Part shown: positions 47,001 to 55,442 of the stretch, piece by piece
How positions within the stretch are numbered: the first letter of the stretch is position 1
Layout: each line of letters starts with the position of its first letter
Source of the DNA: Spirulina subsalsa PCC 9445
GTDB taxonomy: Bacteria; Cyanobacteriota; Cyanobacteriia; Cyanobacteriales; Spirulinaceae
NCBI RefSeq assembly: GCF_000314005.1
Contig: NZ_JH980292.1
Location: forward strand, 796,530 to 860,529
DNA: 64,000 nucleotides
Direction: 5' to 3'
The notes under the pieces: generated by a model
What the model was told of the DNA's origin: nothing
Seen by the model: only the letters and a program-made list of their open reading frames with translations
Database searches by the model: none
Program-made: the position numbers and the translations under genes

Positions 47001-47213
47001 CATCCAGTCGGCTCCATCCCCTTCTGGGAGAACTAATTTCCGGGATCTTGCACATTTGAGCACCTCTTCCCCACTCATCGCCAAGGGATGACTCGCCACC
47101 CCCTTCACCCCGGCTTTTAACTCCCCATCTCCCTGAGTCCGCCAAGTTTCTCCCCAGAGGAAAAAATACCCACTCTGGGCTTCTAAAATCCAACTGCCGT
47201 GTAAAATCGCCAT
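44007..47213 (-). CDS. SNF2-family helicase with a long N-terminal bacterial SNF2-associated region
   Basis: Motif I LADDMGLGKT, motif II DEAQNIKN, and the helicase C-terminal domain (LIFTQF...GGTGLNLTRANHV...QATDRAFRIGQ). Confidence 0.85.
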   Translation of the reverse strand: MAILHGSWILEAQSGYFFLWGETWRTQGDGELKAGVKGVASHPLAMSGEEVLKCARSRKLVLPEGDGADWMTYQVVALPSRGGQRKKRGKKGADSGGDDVFPVLSGDSEEIRDISSLSLQWWALPGLRLDPAIAILLLQSVPLGSIQLRQVYLGDSLKFWAQVYRWSLDLLARGKFLPALTFDNNNQAYSQWQPLLDSALDQSRLSRFLEWMPSVCRAYVHPEERWEKPTWGDDWIAPQTLLFAFLGTMVDSQLRQWVELKGQHSSDVIATAWLESLAQPLTALRESPETLHRLKTALDSWKAPVQDYLVTAKDEKLAGNAFRTSFVLQAPTTGEINWGKLDWKLNYYLHSVNDPSFVVEAATIWENPVEELNLEGYTIENPQEILLRGLGIAARIYEPIRESLLHPYPTRCVLDPIQVYAFLRSSYWQLQDTGFTVDLPPGLAGGADEKRLGIKFSAAVSPKQADRLGLQSLLKYKLELAIGDQTVSAEEFERLLEQKSPLVQVNGEWLALQPADVKAAQSILSSKNEELTFTVEDALRLSTGDTKVLEKLPVVKFEASGVLKELIANLTENKRIESPAPPAGFKGELRPYQARGVGWLRFLERWGLGACLADDMGLGKTIETIAFLLSLKEDDRLKNPTLLVCPTSVLGNWERELRKFAPTLSVLVHHGDKRDKGKTFVKAAQKKELVITSYSLVYRDIETLETLQWEGVILDEAQNIKNSQAKQSQAVRSLSANFRIALTGTPVENRLTELWSILEFLNPGFLGTKQFFQHRFAIPIEKYGDRDSLSSLRSLVQPFILRRLKTDKAIIQDLPDKQEMNVFCGLSSEQGMLYQKLVDESLMAIEEAEGIQRHGLILTLLLKLKQVCNHPSLLLKEKSLGRGDRSGKVLRLQEMLEEVMAEGDRALIFTQFAEWGKLLQPYLEYKLNTDVLFLYGSTKREQREIMVDRFQNDPDGPQILILSLKAGGTGLNLTRANHVFHVDRWWNPAVENQATDRAFRIGQKRNVQVHKFVCTGTLEEKINDIIESKKQLAEQTVDAGEQWLTEMDTDQLRSLLILDRSAIMDEEK

Positions 47214-47359
47214 GTTATCTGTGGTTAATGATCCGGGTAATAGGTTATGGGACTGTAGGCGGAGAAACCTTCCGAATTTCAGCGTTTCCCCAAGAGTCTA
47301 GAAGTGCTAGGATTGCGAAAGAAGAAGAAGAAGTCAAACAGAAAGGATAAGCACACAAG

Positions 47360-49507
47360 ATGCAAGAATTCAATAAGTCAATATCCTTTGACGGCCGGGA
47401 TATTCGACTGCAAACTGGTCTACTCGCTCCGCAGGCTGGTGGTTCGGTCTTAATCGAGTCAGGAGAAACTGCCGTAATCGTCACGGCAACACGCTCCACA
47501 GGCCGAGAAGGAATTGATTTTTTACCCCTCTTAGTGGACTACGAAGAACGACTCTACGCAGCAGGCCGCATTCCGGGGGGATTTCTCCGACGAGAAGGCC
47601 GTCCGCCAGAAAAGGTGACACTGACCTGTCGTTTAATCGACCGCCCCTTACGCCCTCTCTTTCCCCAGTGGTTGCGCGATGATATTCAAATCATAGCAAC
47701 TACCCTGTCGATGGATGAACAAGTCCCCCCAGATGTCCTAGCGGTGACAGGTGCATCCGTCGCTGTCCTGTTGGCACAAATCCCCTTTTATGGCCCGATG
47801 GCAGCCGTGCGAGTGGGCTTAGTTGGGGATGATTTTATCATTAACCCGACTTTTAAAGAAATTAAAGAAGGGGATCTTGATTTAGTCGTGGCCGGATCTC
47901 CTGATGGGGTGGTCATGGTGGAAGCTGGAGCGAACCAACTCCCAGAACAAGATATTATTGAGGCCATCGAATTTGGCTATGAAGCGGTTCAAGATTTAAT
48001 TCAAGAACAACGGGATCTCTTAGCCGAATTAGGCTTATCAATTGCGACCGAAGAACCCCCAGAGGTCGATGAAACCTTAACCCACTTTTTAGCCGAAAAA
48101 GCCAGCGTCTCGATTAAAAAAGTCCTCTCTCAATTCGACTTAGATAAAAATGCCCGGGATGAGGCCTTAGATGACATTAAAGCCACCGAAATTGATGCGG
48201 TTTTAACGGAATTACCCGAAGAAGACCCCCTCAAAGTGGCGGCCTCTGAACCGATGGTCGTTGCCGATGCCTTCAAAAAACTGACCAAGAAGTTAATGCG
48301 TCAGCAAATTGTTGAAGACGGCGTGCGGGTGGATGGTCGCAAACTCGATGAAGTGCGTCCCATCTCTTGTCGGGTGGGAGTCTTGCCGCGTCGTGTTCAC
48401 GGTTCTGGCCTGTTCCAACGGGGTTTAACTCAAGTTCTCTCCCTCGTCACCCTCGGCACTCCGGGAGATGCCCAGGAGTTGGATGATTTGCACCCCGACG
48501 AGCAGAAGCGCTATCTCCATCACTACAATTTCCCCCCCTTCTCCGTGGGCGAAACGCGACCCATGCGTTCTCCCGGCCGTCGAGAAATCGGTCACGGGGC
48601 GCTGGCGGAACGGGCGATTGTTCCGGTTCTCCCCCCCCAGACGGAGTTTCCCTATGTGGTGCGGGTGGTGTCTGAGGTCTTGTCGTCTAACGGGTCTACC
48701 TCGATGGGGTCGGTCTGTGGCTCTACCCTCGCCCTGATGGATGCTGGGGTCCCCATTGTTAAGCCTGTGAGTGGGACGGCAATGGGTTTGATTAAGGAAG
48801 GGGACGAAGTGCGGGTCTTGACGGATATTCAAGGCATTGAGGACTTCTTAGGGGATATGGATTTTAAGGTGGCGGGTACCGATAGCGGGATTACGGCCTT
48901 ACAGATGGATATGAAAATCACCGGGTTATCTTTAGATGTGATTGCTCAAGCGGTGAATCAGGCCAAAGAGGGGCGCTTACACATTTTAGAGGAAATGCTG
49001 GCGACTATTGACCAACCCCGTGAGGATCTTTCCCCCTATGCTCCTCGTCTGTTGACGCTGAAGATTGACCCGGATTTAATTGGTTTGGTTATTGGACCGG
49101 GTGGGAAAAATATCAAGGGCATTACGGAGCAAACCGGGGCCAAAATTGATATTGAGGATGATGGCACGGTCACGATTTATTGTCATGAACGGGACAATGC
49201 TCTGAAGGCGCAACGGATTATTGAGGGCATGACGCGCAAACTCAATGAGGGGGATGTATTTGTGGGGTGTGTGACTCGCATTATTCCCATCGGGGCGTTT
49301 GTGGAGATTCTGCCCGGTAAGGAGGGCATGATTCATATTTCCCAACTGGCGGAACGTCGAGTCGGTAAGGTGGAAGATGAGGTCGCTGTAGGCGATGAGG
49401 TTGTGGTGAAGGTGCGGGAAATTGATCAGCGCGGCCGGATTAATCTCACTCGTTTAGGGATTCATCCTGAGGAGGCGGCGGCGGCTCATGAGGCGGCTAG
49501 TCGTTAG
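47360..49507 (+). CDS. pnp: Polynucleotide phosphorylase
   Basis: Two RNase PH domains, a KH domain ([10 protein letters not shown]) and an S1 domain. 715 aa. Confidence 0.95.
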   Translation: MQEFNKSISFDGRDIRLQTGLLAPQAGGSVLIESGETAVIVTATRSTGREGIDFLPLLVDYEERLYAAGRIPGGFLRREGRPPEKVTLTCRLIDRPLRPLFPQWLRDDIQIIATTLSMDEQVPPDVLAVTGASVAVLLAQIPFYGPMAAVRVGLVGDDFIINPTFKEIKEGDLDLVVAGSPDGVVMVEAGANQLPEQDIIEAIEFGYEAVQDLIQEQRDLLAELGLSIATEEPPEVDETLTHFLAEKASVSIKKVLSQFDLDKNARDEALDDIKATEIDAVLTELPEEDPLKVAASEPMVVADAFKKLTKKLMRQQIVEDGVRVDGRKLDEVRPISCRVGVLPRRVHGSGLFQRGLTQVLSLVTLGTPGDAQELDDLHPDEQKRYLHHYNFPPFSVGETRPMRSPGRREIGHGALAERAIVPVLPPQTEFPYVVRVVSEVLSSNGSTSMGSVCGSTLALMDAGVPIVKPVSGTAMGLIKEGDEVRVLTDIQGIEDFLGDMDFKVAGTDSGITALQMDMKITGLSLDVIAQAVNQAKEGRLHILEEMLATIDQPREDLSPYAPRLLTLKIDPDLIGLVIGPGGKNIKGITEQTGAKIDIEDDGTVTIYCHERDNALKAQRIIEGMTRKLNEGDVFVGCVTRIIPIGAFVEILPGKEGMIHISQLAERRVGKVEDEVAVGDEVVVKVREIDQRGRINLTRLGIHPEEAAAAHEAASR

Positions 49508-49675
49508 TTAGGGTTGGCTCAAAAAGTGGGGGGTCGGGAAAAGGGAATAATCCTTAATTCCCCCTCCCCCCTGTTCCCTAATCAAAAGGGAGTCGGGAGA
49601 TCGGGGGAATTAATAATTGATTATTATTCCCTCTTGCCTGTTCCCTGGCTGGGTCTAGGGTCTGATGTTAATGAA

Positions 49676-49716
49676 TGCTCCCCCACCTGTGTTCCGCGAG
49701 GTGGGGGAGTGCGTCG
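49676..49716. repeat. Hairpin GCTCCCCCACCT-loop-AGGTGGGGGAGTGCGTCG, paralogue of 30529-30572
   Basis: Read directly. It sits in the repeat-rich spacer after pnp. Confidence 0.5.
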
Positions 49717-49990
49717 TTATTTTTGTTCAGCCAACCCTAGATATTTGCCAAGGCCAGTTATGGAGTCCTCAGATGAAGCATCACTAACCATCCCTGAATA
49801 TTCGCCATTTAGGTCAGATGATGAGTATTAGAAGTGGTTTTCTCTCACCCAAGCGCGAAAGGCTTTCATCGTCTTATTTCTCCCCTCAATTTTACTTTGT
49901 TCTAGATATTGGGGAATTACTTCGCACAGGGGCAAACCCGGAAAATGGGAACTAGCTTCACACTGCATATATTCCCCATCTTGTAAGACA

Positions 49991-50104
49991 TTAATCTCTG
50001 TGGGGATAGGTTTGTTCTAAGATACTGGCGATCGCCTCCCCAATGTACTGAGCGGCGTTATAACTCGCCATAATGACGCTGATCTGGCCTAACTCATGGG
50101 TCAT
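49991..50104 (-). pseudogene. Truncated family-2 glycosyltransferase (N-terminal 37 codons only), overlapping the upstream gene stop by ATGA
   Basis: The minus-strand translation MTHELGQISVIMASYNAAQYIGEAIASILEQTYPHRD* matches the GT2 N-terminal signature (S.I.P.YN......AI.S.L.QTY) but terminates before the DxD region. Confidence 0.45.
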
Positions 50105-50478
50105 AATTCCCCACTTCTGCGCCCGAGTTCGTAGACAGCACAGCCCATACAGGCGAGAATGCCTAAACTAATTGACCAACTGCGCCCTAGGCTTAAATCG
50201 ACGCCATAATCACAGAGGATTCCGGCGGCGAGGAAGGGGAAAATACTAAAGATGGAGGCGTAAAAGGCGTTTTGGGATGCTCGGCTTTTGCGGGTGCGCT
50301 GAAGTTCGTCTTGGGGTAGGTAGAGGGACTCGGCAAAGTGAAACCAACGATCTAGTTGTTCGGTGATCCAGTAGCGCAGGGAACTACAGGCGATATAAAG
50401 GGCTAACGCCCAGAGACAGGTTCCGGCGATCGCAATTTTATTAATCGGTAGGGCAAAGGGTAAGATTTCGTTCAACAT
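50101..50478 (-). CDS. Small 4-TM membrane protein. Possibly GtrA-like, given the adjacent GT2 remnant.
   Basis: 125 aa and hydrophobic. The family assignment is inferred from context only. Confidence 0.35.
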   Translation of the reverse strand: MLNEILPFALPINKIAIAGTCLWALALYIACSSLRYWITEQLDRWFHFAESLYLPQDELQRTRKSRASQNAFYASIFSIFPFLAAGILCDYGVDLSLGRSWSISLGILACMGCAVYELGRRSGEL

Positions 50479-50544
50479 GAGTGCTGTGGGAGATGAAATA
50501 TTAACTCACTTGACTCATACTATCGTGTTTATTGCAAGTCTTTG

Positions 50545-51693
50545 TCACATTCTGTTACTAACAGGCAGGGTAAACCAAAAATGAGAACCTTTTCTGGGGG
50601 TGGAATTTAAGCCAATTTCGCCCCCGTGACTTTCGATAATTTGACGACAGAGGTATAAGCCTAATCCTAGCCCTCCTTTGCGTCGCAAGGATTCCCCTCG
50701 TTTGTAGAGTTCAAAAATCCCCTCACACATTTCTGGGGGAATGCCTACCCCATTATCGATCACAGAACACCGTAACCACTCGCCAGAGGGGGGCATCAAT
50801 TCGGCTTTTAGGGTAATCTCACCACCGGAGGGATTATGTTTGAGGGCATTAGCGGTGAGGTTTTCTAAGACGCGCCAAATTTTGTTAGCATCTGCCCAGA
50901 CCGGGGGCAAGTGGGGGGGGATTTCGTAGGCAAGGGTGACTTGATTTTTCTCTAGAATGGGCTGCCAATCGGCGATAAAATCCTGAGTGAGTTGATGAAA
51001 ATTCAGAGACTGACAATCTAGGGTAATGCCTTGTATATCAAACTCTCGGGTATCGAGGAGGGAGTTGATTAATTTTAACTGGCGATCGCAACTTATCGCC
51101 ATCCGTTCCACCAACGCCCTCGCCACAGGCAATTCCGCCCGCCCCGGATGAGACTCTAACAGACGATTTAACACCATATTTGTCCCAATAACCGGATTTC
51201 TTAAATCATGGGACACCGCATGGAGATATACCCTTAAGGCATCTTCCGTTTTCCGACGCACCTCTACCTCCTGTTCTAGTTTGGCATTTTGTTCCTCTAA
51301 TTGTCGTTGCAACAAACGAATTTTTAAATGACTTTCTACCCGTGCCAAAACTTCTGCCACATGGAACGGTTTACTAATATAATCCACCCCCCCCACATCA
51401 AAAGCTAACACCTTATCCATCGGGGCATCTAAGGCACTAATAAAAATAATTGGAATTTTGCGAGTTGCCGGATTATCCTTTAACGCTTGACAAACCTCAT
51501 AGCCCGTCATATCCGGCATCCGAATATCCAATAAAATCAAATCAGGACATCTCGCTTTCACCGCTTGTAATGCCCGTTCCCCATTAATCGCCTTCCGCAC
51601 TTTATACCCAGATTCTAACAACATAGTCGATAACAAACGTAAGTTATCCGGTGTATCATCCACAATCAAAATATCCGGTAGATAATGCTCCAT
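50545..51693 (-). CDS. Response-regulator receiver fused to a histidine-kinase core (REC-HisKA-HATPase)
   Basis: REC (ILIVDDTPDNLRLL, DIRMPDMTGYEV), H-box HAVSHDLRNP, and GGLGLGLYLCRQII. Confidence 0.8.
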   Translation of the reverse strand: MEHYLPDILIVDDTPDNLRLLSTMLLESGYKVRKAINGERALQAVKARCPDLILLDIRMPDMTGYEVCQALKDNPATRKIPIIFISALDAPMDKVLAFDVGGVDYISKPFHVAEVLARVESHLKIRLLQRQLEEQNAKLEQEVEVRRKTEDALRVYLHAVSHDLRNPVIGTNMVLNRLLESHPGRAELPVARALVERMAISCDRQLKLINSLLDTREFDIQGITLDCQSLNFHQLTQDFIADWQPILEKNQVTLAYEIPPHLPPVWADANKIWRVLENLTANALKHNPSGGEITLKAELMPPSGEWLRCSVIDNGVGIPPEMCEGIFELYKRGESLRRKGGLGLGLYLCRQIIESHGGEIGLNSTPRKGSHFWFTLPVSNRM

Positions 51694-51786
51694 TGTCGTC
51701 CTGTTATTTCGTGATAAATTTAAAGGGTCTGATTCGCAACTCTATTAACTGGGACTTGAAGATTAAACTTGAGTCGTTAACTCATT

Positions 51787-52512
51787 TTAAAGCACCTCTT
51801 GAGACTCTCCCAAAAACTCAAACTCCATTGTCACATCGGTGATTTGATCTAACCGGAAATTATCGGCTAAATGCCTCAATGTATCTATTAACTCTTGATG
51901 TTCTGGGGACAGTTGTTCCACTAATTGCAACACCGCCAGATCATCTCCCATCATGGCCGCTTGATGCAATTGATGCAGCCATTCCGGGGACATCATCTTA
52001 AGGGCATTGGCTTCTAAGGCGACAGTAGAAGAAAGGCTGACATCTTCTCCTAAAGATATCTCCTCTTTTTCCGCATAACAATAGGCAACCCCCAAATATT
52101 GGCTTAAGGTATCCCAGAGACTATTTTCATGGAAAGGCTTCCGCACCACATCATCACACCCGGCCGCCAAAATATCGGCTTTTTCCTCCTCTAAAGCACT
52201 AGCCGTAATTGCAATAATCTTCGTCGGGGTGAGATGTTGTGCTTGTTCTTGTTTCCGAATCTGTCGCGTTGCCATATAGCCATCCATAACAGGCATTCGC
52301 ATATCCATCCAAATCAAATCCGGGTGATATTGTTGCCATTTTGTAATGGCTTCTTGTCCATTTTCTGCCTCCCAAACCTCAAAGCCCACTTCTTCTAAAA
52401 GATGCCTTAATAATAGGCGATTTTCCTCAATATCATCCACCACCAAAAGGCGATAGGTGGGTTGATTGGGGGCAAGTTTAACCACCACGCGCTGCTGTTG
52501 TGGGGGAGTCAC
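51787..52512 (-). CDS. Receiver-domain ORF (GTG start), in frame with the upstream kinase and separated from it by one TGA. Most likely the detached C-terminal REC (plus helical tail) of a hybrid kinase.
   Basis: REC motifs LLVVDDIEENRLL, DMRMPVMDGY, KIIAITASA. See the finding on the in-frame stop. Confidence 0.7.
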   Translation of the reverse strand: MTPPQQQRVVVKLAPNQPTYRLLVVDDIEENRLLLRHLLEEVGFEVWEAENGQEAITKWQQYHPDLIWMDMRMPVMDGYMATRQIRKQEQAQHLTPTKIIAITASALEEEKADILAAGCDDVVRKPFHENSLWDTLSQYLGVAYCYAEKEEISLGEDVSLSSTVALEANALKMMSPEWLHQLHQAAMMGDDLAVLQLVEQLSPEHQELIDTLRHLADNFRLDQITDVTMEFEFLGESQEVL

Positions 52513-52566
52513 ATCATGGGCAGCAACTGGTTCAACTTCAATCGTAAACTCAAAACAACTGCCCTC

Positions 52567-55434
52567 TCATAACATACTTTTCACAAAAATTTCTCCCCCC
52601 ATCATCTGGACAAATTTCCGACTAATCGGCAATCCTAAACCTGTTCCTTGATGAGATTTTTGTCCCGATTGAGTTTGGGTGAAGGGGTCAAATAAACTGG
52701 GGATCTCTAGGGGAGAAATGCCAAAACCTGTATCTTCAATGGCAAAGTGAATCAGGACTTTTTTAGAACCCTCTCGTTCCTGGTCTGAAGGGATGGATTG
52801 AGTGTTTACGGATACCATAACCTTGCCTTTTTCGGTAAATTTAATTCCATTACTTAATAAATTAATTAGCACTTGACGCAGTTTAGGTTCATCAGTTTTG
52901 ATATATTGGGGAACGTTAGGAAACCGCTCAAAAATCAAATCTAAACCTTGGGATTGGGCTTTCAATAAAAACATCTCCTCTAAAGCATTTAAAAGCTGGT
53001 GTAGGTCAAAAGGTGCAGGGGTAAATGTGACCTTTCCCGCTTCAATTTTCGACATTTCTAGAATGTCATTAATTAATTCTAATAAATGCTCTCCACTCCG
53101 GTTAATAATGGCTATTTCCTTGGCTCCGTGACTCAAGGCAGGATTGCGCGCCATCAGTTGACTAAAGCCTAAAATGGCATTGAGGGGAGTCCGTAACTCG
53201 TGACTCATTTGGGCTAAAAATTCGCTCTTCGTCCGATTGGCAATTTCGGCCTGTTCCTTGGCTTGTTCGAGGGCGGCATTTTGTAGCGTTAATTCGACCC
53301 GTTGTTGTTGTTCTTGTTCGAGGAGTTGGGCTTGGGCGATCGCAATTCCTAACTGAGCCGCTACAGTCGTTAATAATTCTATCTCATCCTCCGTCCACTC
53401 CCGGGCTTTATAGCACTGTTCCAGCCGAATCACCCCGTTAGGCTTCCCTTGATAAGAAGTCCGAATTAACAACATTGACTCAATGTGTAAGCTGTCGATA
53501 ATCGCCTGTAAACAGGCAAAACGGGGATCTTCCCGGACTTGAGAAGCGGCCAATACCCGATCTTCTGCCAATACCCAAGTCATCACCTCATTATTCTCTA
53601 GGGGCATTTCTTGGGCGATCGCACGAGGAGATCCCGTTTCCACATATTCAGCCACACAAGGGATTTTCGGCTCAGAATCAGCCACATAGGTATAAATCAG
53701 ACAACGATTAACATGGAATACTCCCCCAATTTGATCGGCGGCCTTCTGGAAAATTTGCTGCACATCTAAACTAGAACGCAACTCCTCTGTGATACTATTC
53801 AACAAAACAATACGATGATATTGTTTCTCTAAATTAGCCTCGACCTGCTTCCGTTCTGTAATGTCGTTAGAAGTAGCTAAAACACAAACTTCGCCATTTA
53901 AATCAATTAATTCCGCCGACACTAAAGCCGTGCGAATTTCTCCCGATTTGGTGCGATAGGTGGTTTCATAGTTGCGCACCATCCCTTCTTGATCTAATTG
54001 TTTAATAATCCAATCCCGATCTTGAATATTGACCCAAAGATCCAAATCTGTGGGATTTTTGCCTAAAATTTCCTCTCGTTCATAGCCCGTCATCTTGACA
54101 TAACTATCATTCACCTCCAACAAAAGCCCGTCTTTGAGGGTACTAATCCCAATGGCACTGGGACTAGAACAAAAGGCTTTAGAGAACTTTTCCTCCGAGT
54201 TGCGCAGGGCTAATTCGGCTAGGGTGCGATCGCGAATTTCCTGCTGCAACTTCTCCGTTCGTTCCGCCACCGTTTGTTCTAAATTGCGGGAATATTCCTT
54301 AAGTAAAATCGGACGAGTCAGCCACCCCGTCGTCACAAAGCCCGCCCCTCCCGAAAGCACCAAAGCCGCCAGACACAATAAAATCGTATTACGGCGATTC
54401 CTTTCAACATTGTCCTGAAAATTATCTTCAGAAACAATCACCACCATTAACCAATCCAAATTTTGGCGATTTTCTAAAGATGTCACCTGAACAAAATGAC
54501 GGTTTCCTCCAACTAAAAAATCCAGAGATTTAGACCCTTCAATTTTATCCCAATCTTCAAAATAAATCTTAATTTTTTCAGCCGTTTCTTGAATGATCGG
54601 ATTATCACTATCCGCCGCTAAAATACGCTGAGTTCGATTTTGTCGCACCTGAAAAATCGGGTCTGGGGTAGAAGTTGCCACCAAACGCCCCGAACGTTCT
54701 ATAATAAACATCTCGACTTCATTTTCCGTCCTCCAATTTCGTAGAGATTCATTCATTCTTAACAGCAAAAAAGACGTTCCTAGAACGCCCTTAAACTCAT
54801 TGTCTTGATCATAAACCGGATGGGTCGCCGTAATAGCTAAACCTCGACCCACAAAATCCGAATAAATCTCACTCCAAATCGGGCTTTTTGCTTGCAATGT
54901 CGCCTTATACCAGGGTCGAGTGGTAGGATAAAAGCCCGGATTATCTTCGACTAATAGCCCCAATTCATTCGCCGAAAGATTTGGCACTTCATAAATTTTT
55001 AACCGATCAGATTCTAAATCCCGCCGCAGGATTTGTAAAGAATTATCCGTTGTCCGTTTTGCCCCCGCACAAAACCCCTCAACACTACAAAAGTATGTCG
55101 CACTAATCGAGTCAAAGGATTGGATTTGCCGTAAAAAATAACGTTCTTGCAAGTGAATGATATTCTCAGCTACATCCTCCGCCTGAATGCTTAACAACTC
55201 TGGAGCATTAGCATTCAGTTGATTAATTAAAACAGGAGTCATAGTGTAGCGTTGTAGTTGCTCCTCTAGACGAGCCGTTGTCGCTTCTCTTAACTCGTGG
55301 GCAAGATCATTAATGGCTCTTTTTCCATTGCGAATGGAAAACCATCCTGTCACCCCAACTACGACAACCACTTGTAACAAAAAAGGGATAATCAGGATGA
55401 GGCGAAACGGTATTTTTTTTATTTTTTGCTCCAT
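52567..55434 (-). CDS. Multi-domain sensor histidine kinase (TM, periplasmic Cache-like domain, TM, HAMP, PAS, GAF, HisKA, HATPase) ending at an in-frame TGA
   Basis: H-box MSHELRTPLNAILGFSQLM, GAF region, and GTGLGLPISRKF. The preferred start is the ATG at 55434 (MEQKIKKIP) rather than the TTG at 55446. Confidence 0.8.
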   Translation of the reverse strand: MEQKIKKIPFRLILIIPFLLQVVVVVGVTGWFSIRNGKRAINDLAHELREATTARLEEQLQRYTMTPVLINQLNANAPELLSIQAEDVAENIIHLQERYFLRQIQSFDSISATYFCSVEGFCAGAKRTTDNSLQILRRDLESDRLKIYEVPNLSANELGLLVEDNPGFYPTTRPWYKATLQAKSPIWSEIYSDFVGRGLAITATHPVYDQDNEFKGVLGTSFLLLRMNESLRNWRTENEVEMFIIERSGRLVATSTPDPIFQVRQNRTQRILAADSDNPIIQETAEKIKIYFEDWDKIEGSKSLDFLVGGNRHFVQVTSLENRQNLDWLMVVIVSEDNFQDNVERNRRNTILLCLAALVLSGGAGFVTTGWLTRPILLKEYSRNLEQTVAERTEKLQQEIRDRTLAELALRNSEEKFSKAFCSSPSAIGISTLKDGLLLEVNDSYVKMTGYEREEILGKNPTDLDLWVNIQDRDWIIKQLDQEGMVRNYETTYRTKSGEIRTALVSAELIDLNGEVCVLATSNDITERKQVEANLEKQYHRIVLLNSITEELRSSLDVQQIFQKAADQIGGVFHVNRCLIYTYVADSEPKIPCVAEYVETGSPRAIAQEMPLENNEVMTWVLAEDRVLAASQVREDPRFACLQAIIDSLHIESMLLIRTSYQGKPNGVIRLEQCYKAREWTEDEIELLTTVAAQLGIAIAQAQLLEQEQQQRVELTLQNAALEQAKEQAEIANRTKSEFLAQMSHELRTPLNAILGFSQLMARNPALSHGAKEIAIINRSGEHLLELINDILEMSKIEAGKVTFTPAPFDLHQLLNALEEMFLLKAQSQGLDLIFERFPNVPQYIKTDEPKLRQVLINLLSNGIKFTEKGKVMVSVNTQSIPSDQEREGSKKVLIHFAIEDTGFGISPLEIPSLFDPFTQTQSGQKSHQGTGLGLPISRKFVQMMGGEIFVKSML

Positions 55435-55442
55435 TGAAATTG

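Noticed and set aside
49514-49831. 105-aa plus-strand ORF after pnp
   Set aside because: It covers heptamer repeats and the CTCCCCCACCT hairpin. There is no ribosome-binding site or family resemblance, so it is treated as an intergenic repeat region.
52567-52569. TGA as selenocysteine or programmed recoding in the hybrid kinase
   Set aside because: No SECIS-like hairpin follows the TGA. The position does not correspond to a catalytic residue in the HATPase domain. A nonsense mutation or sequencing error is more parsimonious. The case is kept as a finding only for the split-gene observation.
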